Shown: positions 23,300 to 36,777 of the stretch, one piece after another
How the letters are laid out: each line of letters starts with the position of its first letter
How positions within the stretch are numbered: position 1 is the first letter of the stretch
Assembly (NCBI GenBank): GCA_043228905.1
Contig: JBHGNT010000003.1
Span: forward strand, 22,568,001-22,632,000
Direction of reading: 5' to 3'
DNA from: Azolla caroliniana
Taxonomy: Eukaryota > Plantae > Polypodiophyta
Length of the DNA stretch: 64,000 nucleotides
Notes under the pieces: model-generated
Database searches by the model: none
What the model saw: the letters and a program-made list of their open reading frames with translations, nothing else
What the model was told of the DNA's origin: nothing
Program-made: the position numbers and the translations under genes

Positions 23300-24950
23300 G
23301 GTAACTCCTCGAGACTCAATAGTGACACTTTATGTGAAACACTCCAAGGTATGAGTGTGTTGGCCCCTTCAAGGAAACAGAATTCATACTACAATATAAA
23401 AAAACACAATTGGTAGAAAAAAGAACACACAAACTTGATGACAAGGGTTCAACCTTGTAGTAGCATGCACTCCTCAAAAAATATTGGCACAAAACCATCA
23501 CATTGTTCTACACATCCTCCCTACCACTCCAACCCATGTCCTAACTTTTGGTATCCCCAATCCCATAAACACCAAAATGTGTATAGGCTATTTGACACCT
23601 TAGAGATAATCCCACCAAATGTACAAATGGACAACCCTTTCCACTCAAGTGAGCACAACATCTAACACATAGCACACCCTATGCATGGGGATTGGAGGAT
23701 AGTGTCTTTAGCCTTCATCTCACAACCATTCTTCAACCACCTCATCATTCTCTACATCACAGAAAACCCAACAAACCACAACCCCCATGTACCCAAATTC
23801 CCCCTCCCCTAGGTTATCACTCCACATAGATAAACGCCCAATAGAGCACTCACCATGAACTAGGCTACTCATAGAAACCAAGATTGGAAAAAGCCCTCCC
23901 ATTCAACCCCTATTTGGCTCACCCCTTACTCCAACACTTGTAATCTCTCACAATTGACGCATAGCCTCTCTCCATGTAGTTATTTGCGTTCTATCCGCAA
24001 ATAGGAATCAAAGGAACTTTATCACCTGACTTTCTATAGTAGCAACATTAAATAATGAGCACATTAACGCACCTAAGCAAAGAGATTGTGTCACAAAGCA
24101 CTCTAACCAATTGTTGGGTTTTCTAAAGCCCGACTTCCAAGTTCTTACCCTTTTTTTATGACACGTAGTGTTGGGAAACTGGGTCCTAACACGTAGTTCC
24201 AAGAGGATACTTCAACGGAAGTTGTCACAAAGCCTTCTTTGTTCCCTCTTCTAAAATTGTTTTAATGGCCAAATCACTTCTCAACACAAGTGGCAAGTTT
24301 GACCTTTCTTTACAAGTCCCCCTTACTTATCCTTTCAATAGTGACTCTTCCAAGGAAAACATGCTCCAAGTCATAAAACATTTCATGAAACAACACCTAA
24401 ATGGGATGGACCATACCATCTACCATTCTATATTGAGGCCCAATCTCAATTTTTGAAACCCAAAGTACCACAATTCCGAACACCCTCATTGGGTTCTTGG
24501 ATTTTTTTATGGACCTAAATTGTGAACTTATCTCGCTACACATTGTTGACCATGCTAGATACTAACAACATACCTACAAGATCTTGATACAATGGTTTAC
24601 ACTTGTTTTTTTCACATTATTGCAAGTTCAACTATCAATCTTCTAACCTAACATGAAGTATGATTTCCTCCACCTCTCTAAAGACTTGCAAGCTAACTAC
24701 AACATCTCCCACTCGCTCACATGCACCAAGTCAACCTCCATTCATCACCTAGATCATGCCCGAAACTCCACACACTACTCTAAACTCCACACACTACCTT
24801 GAGTTCCCACTCTTTTTTATATCGCTCTATAAGCCTCTTTTATATGAGCACCTCCCTTTAAGCCCACCACCACCTATTGTTGGAGATCAAATTAAGGGCC
24901 CTCACCAAAGGTTCCATTGCATCCTCAATGCATGTACCCAAGAGGTTGCA
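23300..24950 (-). mobile_element. Heavily decayed L1-like LINE remnant (ORF1/endonuclease junction)
   Basis: Broken minus-strand peptides GQTCHLC (~24290) then SSWN...HKKRVRTW (~24200-24135), resembling the start of an L1 AP-endonuclease. Many stops and frameshifts. Confidence 0.4.
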
Positions 24951-26499
24951 GTTACTAAGATACAGGTTACCATAAGCTTTGACTAGTCATGGAAAAGAGT
25001 TATAATAGATACTAACTTCTATCTATTGATTTTCTATACCTTCCTCCATTGATTAGTCATTTAATTGAGATTGAATATTGCATTAAGTCTTAAAGACTTT
25101 AGTAAATTTAGACTATTTGTTATAATTAACTTGTAAGATCAAGGGAGAATTTATTAATAAGAGAGACCTAATTCAGATAGAAATGCACACAAATACCTGA
25201 TGAAAAATCACATGAAGTTGAGATATGATTTCCCTTCTCTCGAGTATTTGTGGATACTTCTTCTCGTAAGGCTAACCCAATCCAACAACTTTAGTGCAGT
25301 AACAACCGTGATAATGTGCATGGTTGGCCTTTGCATGTTGCTGCCGCAGTCAAGGTTCAAGTTTTGAGATATCTCCCAACAAGCCTCGTGCTATTGTTCA
25401 GGTATCCATGAAAAATCTCCGGTCCTCATTGCCGTTGTATTTTTGAAAGCCCAGGAAGATAATTTGTACGATAAAAGAACATTTTCGTGCATGTAGTGAG
25501 ATCTCAATAGTGAGTAGGCAGTGCACAACCTAGGTTTGTATGACAAGTGGAAGAAAAGTAAACTTTGGGTTCAACATTAAACACATAAATCATATACTCC
25601 CAAGTTTTTATCGTATAATGATTGAAGAAACGTTGACAAATTCTAAGTACACTCCGCACATGCCAATAACAAGGAAGAATTTCAACCCAGTACTTGAGAG
25701 GGTTGTAAACACGATCAAATTCTTGATCTTGCAACTGATTTGCTGCATTTGGAACACAGATGTATGCTTACACACATTTGGAATATACATCACAACCCTT
25801 ATCTAGGAAGAATGAGTAATGTGCCTCGTCTTCTCCGGTTTCAAAGCATAGAAGTGTCATCTTGTCAAAAAACAAAAATTGCACCTCTCTTCAATACCTG
25901 GCCCCTGCCTTCATATTACACAACACCTCTCTTCGTTGATATCCTTTTTCTTCGTAGCTTGTTGGGGCCCTGCACATCTAGCTTGTATAGCTCGCACCAC
26001 TCTTCGTTTTCAGTTAGGTTCTTCAATCTCTAACTTGTAGCTTTGTAGCTAGCAACTCTCTTTGCTGCTATTTTGGTTTTTTCTTTGCTACCGTCCAGCT
26101 TAATTTCTAGCACCGCACTTCATTGTTAGCTCCTTCCTTTACATCTAGCAGCTCTCTTTATTGAAAATCAAAGCTTCGTATGGAGGGCTCTCTTCCAGAC
26201 TACCAATGCTTTCGCAGGCAATTCTACAAATCTTCTGTAGGCGAGATCGAAGAAAAATAGCATGGTTGGAGATACCTTCGGGAATTCTGTGCATTGACGA
26301 CAGTGAGAAGTTCTGTGGCCTACCCTGAGAGTGAAATTTTTAGGGTTTTGATTGTTGGTGAGGAGAGCTCGTGATGGAGGGAAAACTCGACAGCAAAAAT
26401 ATTAACCGTGAAAGAAAGAATGCCTAAAGTGCAGGTATATTTATACTTAGGGCTGCCTCAGGGCTATATTTGTAATTTTATGGGAATGAAGGGGCCCTA

Positions 26500-27008
26500 A
26501 CATGGTGAGCGGCTTGTTCTAGAGTCTACACCATTTTCCTCTATGCTTTCGAGAAGCCAGAATAAGCTCTCTCCCAAGGCAATCGGATTTTCGGAACAAG
26601 GCTCGCCTCTAGGGGCTGACACTACTATATCTCGTGTCCCTATGGATTGCCATTTGGGTTCCTTCGACTCAAATTCATGTTTAAGGTGTCTGATTACCGA
26701 TTGTCACCATACAATTGTGGCACGTTTGGGCTCAGTCCGTCTCGTGGTTCTAGACATGGTGAGGGGCTTGTTCTAGACCATTTTCCTCTATGCTTTCGAG
26801 AAGCCCAAAAACAGTTCTTCGAAGGCAATCAGGTTTTCGGGACAAAGCTCCCCTCTAGGGTCTCTCTAACATTATTAGGTCTTGTGTCCCTGTGGATTGC
26901 CATTTGGATTTTTTCGACTCGAAGTTAGGTTTAAGGTGTCTTATTGCCGATTGTCACCATACAATTGTGGCACATTTGGGCTTGGTCCGTCTTGTGGTTC
27001 CTGCAGAC
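26500..27008. repeat. Tandem duplication, ~255 bp x2
   Basis: acatggtgag.ggcttgttctaga...ccattttcctctatgctttcgagaagcc...ccgattgtcaccatacaattgtggcac occurs from 26500 and from ~26755. Confidence 0.9.
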
Positions 27009-27465
27009 ATCTGCTGTGGCTGCCTCCTTTTTTTTTTGCATGCCATTTACTATTCAAGGTGGTGGTCATAGTTCCTTTCAATGTGGTATCACGTTAATCT
27101 CGAGAAATAACATTGTTGCCCTTTGTATTTTCTTGTTGCTAATGTGTCAGGATGTTAACCCATCGTCACGTTTTCTTAATCAACATAAGCATTACCTTTA
27201 TGTGTGTTTGCATGAATTTTATTGTGTTGTAGGTTAGAATATTTCAATTATGGCTCACCAAGTAGTTGTTTGTTTGAAGTGTAGGAATGAGGGTTAGCAA
27301 TTTGGGTTGACATTACATTCATTTTGTGTTTTCTCAAGTCATCCTATGTGGCCTCTAATAGATGACACATTATCGGATCTTGCATACTAATCACTCTTCT
27401 AAGAGTTCATGGAGTGACAAAAGTGAGATTAATTGTGAGCCCGCACATCATATGGGCTGAAGGAA

Positions 27466-28045
27466 TGTTAAGCCCTTGGATAACACCACGACTAGTTGTG
27501 AAGAAGAGCGCATCAACAAGGACACAATATGGTTAAAGGACCTACGAAGAGGGAATGACAAGAGGAAAGAGGGCTAAAGGACATCGGAGTGTGAAAGGCC
27601 CATACCCTAAACGTGAAAGCTATATAAACCACATAGTAGTGGCTTTGTGGGGGTTCTCCCATTTGTAAAGATCTCCTATTGATTAGAGCTAGAGCTTCCT
27701 CTCCTCTTTCTTGTAAACCTTTGAGCTTAAGAGAGATTAGTGAAGTGTTGAGTTAGAGAACACTAATCTCTCTCCTTGTTGGTGCTAGACCTCTTAGCAA
27801 AGAGGGTTAATAAACATACTCTTCCTTCTTATTGTCTATATCTATTAACCTATTGTCTATGAGAGAGAGCTTGAGAGAGTGAGAGAGATATCGTGCTCAA
27901 TCATTTACTAATCGTTAAGTGAGTGTGAGGCTCGGAGGTATCCGACAACCATCTCCGCTCGATTCGCCATCAAGAGGGTATACGCCGGTCCGAATCCCGC
28001 CACGACATCGAGGAGCTTACTCCATCGATACATAGATCCTTAACA
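27466..28045 (+). mobile_element. Solo LTR (580 bp)
   Basis: Ends tgttaag...cttaaca. 5-bp TSD aggaa at 27461-27465 and 28046-28050. TATA-like tatataaa at ~27621. No PBS or PPT adjacent. Confidence 0.85.
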
Positions 28046-28229
28046 AGGAACCACCAAATGCATGGAGTTTGCATTAATCTCAACCTACTATAAAAGCTTA
28101 TTGAAAGATTGTGGTTATTATTTGTATTGCTATTTCTACTTCCCAACAATGATCTACACTTTCATATTAAAGGACATTGACTTTTGACTCGTGTGCCATC
28201 TAGTCATCGCGCAAATAAGAGCAACCCTT

Positions 28230-28398
28230 TGTCGAATACCTGTGTATAATGGACGTATTCACACCATCCCGTTTTGGCCATTTATGTAATTAGCATAAAG
28301 GGTAGTTGCCCTAAGTCGGTCACTATATATAGTGACCTTGTAACCTCTTTGTGAGGTTGGTTGTTGTATTGTTGCTTTATGAAATAAGAAACTCTTTT

Positions 28399-28441
<43 letters not shown>

Positions 28442-28527
28442 CAACGACCTACAGTCTGTCATACACAGGAAATAAACAGGAATCGAGTGCTTCAAGATCT
28501 TCCGCACAGACGACATTGCTTCCAACA
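28230..28527 (+). repeat. 5' LTR (298 bp)
   Basis: Identical to the 3' LTR except for the internal (CT)n tract. Confidence 0.97.
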
Positions 28528-28529
28528 TC

Positions 28530-28542
28530 TGGTATCAGAGCC
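28530..28542 (+). other. Primer-binding site for tRNA-iMet
   Basis: tggtatcagagcc, 2 nt after the 5' LTR. Confidence 0.95.
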
Positions 28543-29082
28543 TGCACAGTAGTCGGTTCTTCAATCCGCTGTCGGCCGTCGTCTCTGCATTCGGTTCCCT
28601 GCGTCATTCGAAGAAGAGAGAAGAAGAAGAAAAACCAGGTTTGCATCTCATCGCGTTAGATCATCTTTGTTTGGAGTAAGCCAGCAGGTTGTACTCCGCT
28701 CCCCGTGATCGTAACCGCTCGAGGTGAAATCCCCTTGTGCAACCCTGACAACAACCCAAATTCATGCTTCATCTGGCTGATCGACATTCGGGAAGATCAG
28801 TCGGATCCGTCTCTCTCGTCGCTGCAGTCAACCGAAGCAAAATCGGTTCAGATAATCGGTTTTAATAATCGGTATTCGGCATATATATCCGACTCGGCAA
28901 CATTCGGGAAGACCAGTCGGTTCTGTCCCTCAAGTTACCGGAGTCAATTCGAGCAAGTTCCGAAGCCGAACCGACTCGGGTTCAAATCCGACTAGAACGA
29001 TATCGGGTGAGCCAACCGGCTGCACTCCAACAAGGTTCGTAGTCAACTCCGAACCGAGCTTCGTCAACTGAAACCGAATTTG

Positions 29083-32000
29083 ATGGCATCAACATCCGGC
29101 TCGTCAGAAATGAGTCTACGAAAGTTCGATGGATCGAACTTCAACTTCTGGAAGGAACAAATGCAGGACTATCTCATAGTCAAGGGGCAGATCGATCCCA
29201 TCGAAAATGAAGAACCTCCAGAAGGATACAAACCAATTGAGTGGCAGAAGCTGGACAGAATCGTCCGCGCCACGATTCGGATGCACCTATCGGAATCGGT
29301 ATACTTTACGGTGCAATCGTGTACGACAGCATTCGAACTGTGGAAAACACTGTCGGACACTTACGAAAAGAAGGTCGCCGCAACGAAGATGTTTCTGATC
29401 CGGCGCCTCTACAACCTGCGGATGAAAGAATCCGATTCGGTTCAAGCACACCTCAATGAGTACGAAAGCATCAGCTCCCAAATCTCATCTCAGGGGACGG
29501 CAATCGAGGATGAACTCAGAGCAATGATACTCATGAGCAGCCTTCCCTCATCATGGGAAACTTTCGTCACAACCGTGTGCAACGCGTCAACCACGGCTGT
29601 TAAATACTCCGAAGTCACGAGCGCAATCCTGACCGAAGCAGCTCGGAGAAAGTCCTTCGCCAAAGACTCAACAGAAGACGCTTATGTAGTACAAGGTTCG
29701 ACAGACCGATCGAACATACGAGGAAGAGATTCCTCACGACCGCCGAACAATCAGCGAAGACGGAGCCAGTCACGGGATAACCGAACCTGCAACTACTGCA
29801 AGAAACCCGGACACATCAAAGCCGACTGCCGCGCACTCAAGAACAAGAACAACAAGAAGAGTGGCCGGCATGAGGAGGTCAACTACGTCAGCTTCTCAGC
29901 TGATGTGCTACCAGACGACCCGAATATACTATCAATCGAAAATCCAGTCGGATCAGAAGTTCTACTCACGACTGAAGAGTCGAGCACATGGCTCTTAGAT
30001 TCGGGCGCGTCGTTTCACGTGACTCCTCATCGATCACAATTTCGGCAATATACAATCCGTCACTCCGACTCAGTTCGAGTCGGTAACTCGCAACACTGCG
30101 ACATCATCGGAATCGGCACAGTAGAGCTCAACCTTGCAGGTGGCTCAACACTTGTACTCCACAATGTCTGACATGTACCCGAGCTCTCAAGGCCATTGAT
30201 CTCAGTCGGACAACTAGATGAAGACGGCATTCGTGCCGGTTTTTCTTCGGGAGGGTGGACACTCCACAGGGGGAACCTCCTGCTTGCTAGAGGACCTAAG
30301 ATACACTCATTGTATCCGCTACATGTTACGCTCAGAGAGGGTAACCTGTTTTTGGTGGATATTCCTGTGTCATCACTATGGCACCGAAGATTAGGACACC
30401 TCAGCAAGGCCGGCATCACGCACCTATCCAGAGCCGGGTACATCCCCAAACTCTCCTTCTCCGACCATCAATTCTGCGAGCATTGCCAGTATGGCAAACA
30501 AGTAGCCGCATCACACCCGACATCAGCACCAAAAGAAACGAGACCTCTCGATTTAGTCCATTCGGACGTCTGTGGCCCAATGCCGCATCAGTCTCTAGGC
30601 GGTGCCTCTTACTTCGTCAGTTTTATTGACGATTCGACTCGAAAGGTGTGGGCTTATCCGATTCGCACCAAAGATCGTGTCTTCTCGATCTTCTCAGATT
30701 GGCTCGCTATGGTAGAAAATCAAACCGACCGAAAGCTGAAATGCCTTCGGACAGACAATGGGGGAGAGTTCAAATCCGATGAATTCGTCAAATTCTGCCG
30801 ACAACGCGGCATCCGACGTGAATTTACGGCACCACACAGTCCGGAGCAAAACGGGATTGCAGAACGAATGAATCGGACGATCCAAGAAAGGATAGTTTCC
30901 ATGCTCCAACACTCCGGACTGTCGGATGGCTTCTGGGCAGAGGCTCTACTCACGGCAGTACACATAATCAATATGTCGCCAAGTAGACCTCTAGGACTTC
31001 AAATTCCTCAGGAACTATGGATCGGCAGTAAGCCGAATTACGACAAGCTGAGGATCTTCGGATGCGAGGCGTACGCCCTTATTCCGAAAGATGATCGCCG
31101 AAAACTTGCACCTCGGTCCAGGAAATGCATTTTCCTTGGATATGGATCAGACGGCGAAATGGGATACCGACTCTGGGACCCCGAACGCAGACAAATCGTC
31201 CGAAGTTCGGACGTTGTGTTCAACGAGTCGGCTATGAACCCATCAGTCGAAAAACCAATCGAAGTCCGAAGGGTAACATTCTCCGATGTGCCGACCCTTC
31301 AAGAAGGCCCCGCTCTCAACACACGGTCAGCTTCACGGGCAGCTGAACCTTATACTACCGACTCGGACAACTCTGACTCGGCACAGCCGAATGATTCGGT
31401 TTCGGACCATCCGACCTCGATACCCGATGCGAACAGCCCAATCCTACTTCGACGATCCGAGAGACTGTCGCAACCTCCGGAGAGATATTCTCCTGGAATT
31501 TTCTTCACCGACGCCGGCGAACCGACGTCTTACGAAGAAGCATCGACATCTGTCGATTCAGCCACCTGGCATCTGGCGATGGAGTCGGAAATGCACTCCA
31601 TTCGGGCGAACAAGACTTGGGATCTGGTCGAATTACCTAGGAACCGACGTGCTCTTCCTTGCAAGTGGGTTTATCGACTAAAAGAGACGTCAGATTCGAC
31701 CACCCCAAAGTACAAGGCCAGATTAGTTGCGAAGGGCTTCCGACAAGAATATGGCGTCGACTTCGACGAGATTTTTTCACCAGTGGTGAAAATGACAACC
31801 CTTCGTCTTCTGCTCGGCGTCGTGGCAGCCGACAACTTGGAGCTGATTCAGCTAGATGTAAAAACAGCCTTCCTCCATGGTGATCTCGAGGAGGAAATTT
31901 ATATGGAGCAGCCAAAAGGCTTCGTGGCAACTGGCCAAGAACATCTAGTCTGCCGACTCAGGAAGAGTCTATACGGCCTCAAACAGGCACCGCGACAATG

Positions 32001-33096
32001 GTACAAGAAGTTCGACGACTTCATCCAATCGATCGGCTTCTCAAAAAGCGATGAGGACCATTGTCTCTTCACCAACACAGCTCAAGATGGATCACCCATC
32101 TTCCTCATCATTTACGTGGACGACATGCTGATCTCTGGACGCCACGCGGGCGAACTTGCCGATCTCGTTCGGCAACTGCGGTTGAAGTTTGCCATGAAGG
32201 ACCTCGGTCCGGCACGACACATCCTTGGCATGAAGATTAGTCGGCATCGCAATACACGACATCTTTTTTTGTCTCAGACCAACTATATCGGACGTGTCTT
32301 GGAACGCTTCAACATGCAATCAGCCAAATCTGCTTCAACCCCACTCCCTATGAATCTTCGGCTCTCTCAGCGAGACTGCCCGACATCCGGTTCGGAGGGG
32401 GAAGATATGAAGTCGGTACCGTATGCACCGGCAGTCGGCTCCCTTATGTACCTGATGGTCGCGACACGGCCTGACATCTCTCATGCCGTAGGAGTCGTTA
32501 GCAGATTTATGCACAATCCTGGCCGATCGCATTGGAACGCAGTCAAGCATGTGTTCAGATATCTGGCTGGCACAAAAGATCACGGCATTCTTTTCTGTCC
32601 GAACCGAACCTCAGGCGTAGTCGGTTACACCGACTCGGACTTCGCCGGCTGTATAGACAGTCGGAAATCAACAACCGGATACTGCTTCAAATTCGGCAAT
32701 GGAGCAATCTCGTGGAAGTCGAAACTTCAGGAGTGCACAGCGACCTCAACGACCGAAGCAGAATATGTAGCTGCGTCCGACGCAGCAAAAGAAGCTTTGT
32801 GGCTCGGTCGGCTGGCGCACACGTTTCGACAAGTCGAACATGACTCGGCTCCAGTTGTCTACAGCGACAGTCAAGGTGCTGTTGCCTTGTCGAAAAATCC
32901 GGTTCACCACAACGCCTCCAAACATATCGACGTTCGATATCACTTCGTTCGGGACTGCGTCATTTCAGGGAAAATCGGTCTAGAGAAAATATCCACAACC
33001 GACAATGTCGCAGATGGAATGACCAAGTGTCTTTCGGCAGACCGTTTTCGGTCTCTTCGGCATCAGATGGGCGTAACGACAAACCAGTCCGGTTAG
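29083..33096 (+). pseudogene. Copia gag-pol polyprotein with one in-frame TGA at 30169-30171
   Basis: CNYCKKPGHIKADC knuckle, WLLDSGAS protease, WHRRLGH..CEHC and VHSDVCGP integrase, YVDDML RT, DSDFAG and KHIDVRYH RNase H. The two listed ORFs share a frame (offset 1116 nt). Confidence 0.95.
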
Positions 33097-33282
33097 AGCC
33101 GGACACAGAGCAGGATGGTTCCCGACAACCGACATCAGTTCCTTAATGATCGGCTTCAACTGTTCCGACCCGACCAGTTCGGTCTTCTGCCTTCGGACCC
33201 TGCCGACTCGAACAAAGCTGATATGTCCGAGAACCTAAGTCTATACCTGTAACCTTAGATAACCCATGTATACGCCCATTAC

Positions 33283-33289
33283 GGGGGAG
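33283..33289 (+). other. Polypurine tract
   Basis: gggggag directly before the 3' LTR. Confidence 0.85.
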
Positions 33290-33457
33290 TGTCGAATACC
33301 TGTGTATAATGGACGTATTCACACCATCCCGTTTTGGCCATTTATGTAATTAGCATAAAGGGTAGTTGCCCTAAGTCGGTCACTATATATAGTGACCTTG
33401 TAACCTCTTTGTGAGGTTGGTTGTTGTATTGTTGCTTTATGAAATAAGAAACTCTTT

Positions 33458-33511
<54 letters not shown>

Positions 33512-33597
33512 CAACGACCTACAGTCTGTCATACACAGGAAATAAACAGGAATCGAGTGCTTCAAGATCTTCCGCACAGACGACATTGCTTCCAACA
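33290..33597 (+). repeat. 3' LTR (308 bp)
   Basis: Direct repeat of 28230-28527. Confidence 0.97.
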
Positions 33598-36490
33598 CCC
33601 TTTTTCTCCAAGTGTCTTATATGTGCCCAACCTTCTCGTGAAATAGCCATGACGATGGCACCCATGTAGACTAAAAGCCATCATTTCTTTGCTCTCAAAT
33701 TGATATTGCAAATAGGGTAGGTGTAATACGCACAACATCAACAACCAAAACTATGTTTAGTTTTAATCAATTAGTGGTGGGATAGTTGGAACACAATTAT
33801 CATAGGAACTAGGACAATTCCATAAGCATCTACGACACACGTGATTATGTGATGGTGTGGGAGTTTTAGGTGGTGTGCTATATAAAGGGAACTAGTTAAC
33901 CCCGAGATGTTATTGAGAATCAATTAGTGAGGTGAAGCTGTCTTCGTCGTGTTTGTTATTCAACTACCAAGGTATAACATAAGGTAGTATTTCAGGGTAT
34001 GGGACATTGATGGTATTTTATGTTCGTCTCATGTCCTTCTATTCAGAATGGCCGATGTAGTTGAGCACCCTTAATTTGTTCTTTTATTTGAATTCTCATT
34101 ATTTCGTTGATCATTAATTCAACTCACAATAGTAGATCATAGTTAAATGTCGTTGAGTTTAATTGTTCATGGGCTTATCAATGGATTTTTGCCTTAGTTC
34201 GCTTTTCGGCTTTGAGAGAGTAAAAGTGAATGTAAAAGTGAATGTCAAATGATGGGGGCATTATTATAATCTATAACCATACAAAAGGACAAATAGTTTG
34301 GGGGAACTTCAAGAACATGTGATCTTCTTCATGTGCATCCCAACCATAACCAACAGGTGTTAGCCTACTTGTAAACTTTATAATGCGTATGCAATATGTC
34401 GTGAATTCTCCTCAAAATGTAGCATTGTGTAGGATTCTAACATTCTTTTATGTGACCTCATGATCTTTATATGTACATTATTGTAACATTCCACTACACA
34501 CAAACTAGTAGGTATGCTTCAAGGATCCATAGAGGACGAGCATGCATAGCTCCAGGGACACTATAAATATAGAAGAAAAAATGTTGTCATGCCATTTAGG
34601 TTCAACTTCAATCTTTGGTTAATTCACTCATGGACTCTTGTTATCGTTCTCATTAGATGCTTGAAGTCTCTTTAGAGGTCGGTTGGTGTGAATAAAGGGT
34701 TGTGATGAGTCTCTTTAGAGGTAATTATTCACACCAAGCATGAATAATACGAGAACAAGAGGATAACACAATACATTTGCCCAAGTCACGGTTAGTACTA
34801 GTAGAACATGATTAACATTCCCACTTGATGGATCTGCAAATTATTTACTCCCAAGCGACATTGACCTAGTGGAGGGGTAAGGAACACTTCCACTCTCTTG
34901 GAGGTTACATAGGTTAATATGCACACTAATCTATATATACTTGTGCACTTTAGAGATTGACGGTGGAATATTTTAAGTGATTGACAATGGAATAATTATA
35001 AAGTTATGAGGTTTGAAATATTGTATTGTAAAGTTATCCTCACCATCATACTCCTAAAAAGCAAAGCTAAAGGAGAAGATCAAAGCACAACAACCAAGCA
35101 AATTATGTGATTGTTAGACCATGCAAAGGGAGTGACTTGGGAGTTCCATAATTCAAACCCACACAAACCTACTTCTCTTAAAAGTCAAACATTTATAGAG
35201 ATTATGCAACAACCACTAATTGGTGAAGGATTGTATAATGATGAAGTGTGAAATCTATTATTCATATATTTTTGAGTTAATGAGTTTAGGCCATTTTGAA
35301 ATGTGTGGAGTTTAAAAGGGAGTTTCCTTTGTAGTTGATCTCGAGTACATTGACACAAAACCGATTGGCTCTTTAAAGAGTGACCTTACCTAGAAATGAC
35401 CCCAACATTGCATCGAAAGCACCATTATTGTTATGTATCAAGTCATGTGTTCCAAGAGTAGATTGACTATCATGTGGTCATCATGAGCAAGGTCCAAGTG
35501 CTCCACGAGCAGTAAATTACATGTCTAGAAAATGTAGTATTGAGTACTGGATGTGAGGTGTTACCTTTATTCCTTGGCCCTAAATGAATGTTTCCTTTCA
35601 CTAGCTTCCATCACCAATCCTAAGGGAGACTTCTTGCCCTCGAACATGTACCTTATAATACCCTCTCAACCCCCTTCCATCAACCAAATCCTAGGCAATC
35701 TTGTCATTTGCAAATATATCAATTGTAAAATATTATATGTATTGTCTACAATTGGGTAAACATGTTATGTAAAGAAAGAGTTTTGCTTTGAGAAAAGATA
35801 AACGAGGAGAGGAAGTAATCTTATAAAGGTATAACATATATATAAACAAGGAGGAATCAGGATCGACTCTCGAGGAATCATGATCACAAAAGATGTATGA
35901 TTGATATTTAAAGTGTGGGATAATTGTTCTTTTCAAAGTACTTATGCTCTTTGAGTTCCAAGGAAGTAAGAATGTCAATTGAGACTTCTTGTACAATGTG
36001 CTTGGTAATAACATTTTCATTGCAAGGAATTGCTTGGTAATGGAGCCCCAAAAGTAAATAAGGTTATGCGTAGACATGGTAAAAAGGTTTTCTTGTGTGT
36101 CAACAATATTCTCAATAGAAAAATTAGTCATTAGTTTCCAGAAACTTCTATCATGAAAGCATGGCATGCCAATAAAATGTATGTTATGATTATGGGTATT
36201 TCTAATTATTTCTTCTTGATTTTCTCGTTTTCTTCACAAATTTCCCTTTGTGCAACAACTACCTAATTATTCTCTATATTATTCCAAATTCATCTCATTT
36301 CCGTTATGGGTCTTCTTTTGTCTAGTTTAGTAATAGTCGTTGTAAAAAGGAATACATTGAAACAAACGAAGGCTCTATTGCTTAGCTATATATATATATA
36401 TACGAGTATGGGACTGCGAAACTTGGTAAATATTTGAATATATATTATTCAAAAAAGTTGCTTTTAGGTATATGACCAATGTATTCCAAC

Positions 36491-36777
36491 CATAGTATGA
36501 ACCATACGTACCATACGTGCATTCACGTTAGCGAATGATTGAACCATTCGCGTAAGAAAAACACCCTCAAATAATGATAAATACCATACTTTTGGATTAT
36601 CTATTTATTATGAGGTAAATAATCCTAAAAAATGGAAAAAAAACAAATAAAAAGAATTTAAAAAATGGGAATAAAACAAAACAAAAAACTCAAGAATGTT
36701 TGAATAACATTCACATTCGTTTTCCAACTTAGGAAAACGAATGTTATGCTAGACGAACACGAATTTTACGTACTTTG
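36491..36777. mobile_element. Probable hAT-type MITE
   Basis: Near-perfect 8-bp TSD attccaac / gttccaac. Imperfect TIR catagtatgaa versus caaagtacgta. Subterminal cgaat/attcg motifs and an A-rich centre. Confidence 0.6.

Larger units (their letters stand above)
28230..33597 (+). mobile_element. Full-length Ty1/copia LTR retrotransposon
   Basis: TG..CA LTRs at 28230-28527 and 33290-33597, TSD ccctt (28225-28229, 33598-33602), PBS, PPT, and gag-PR-INT-RT-RH domain order. Confidence 0.98.

Noticed and set aside
30169-30177. Programmed stop-codon readthrough between gag and pol
   Set aside because: The stop lies after the protease catalytic motif at a normally Arg position, and the context TGA CAT GTA does not fit CARYYA. 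A CpG transition is simpler.
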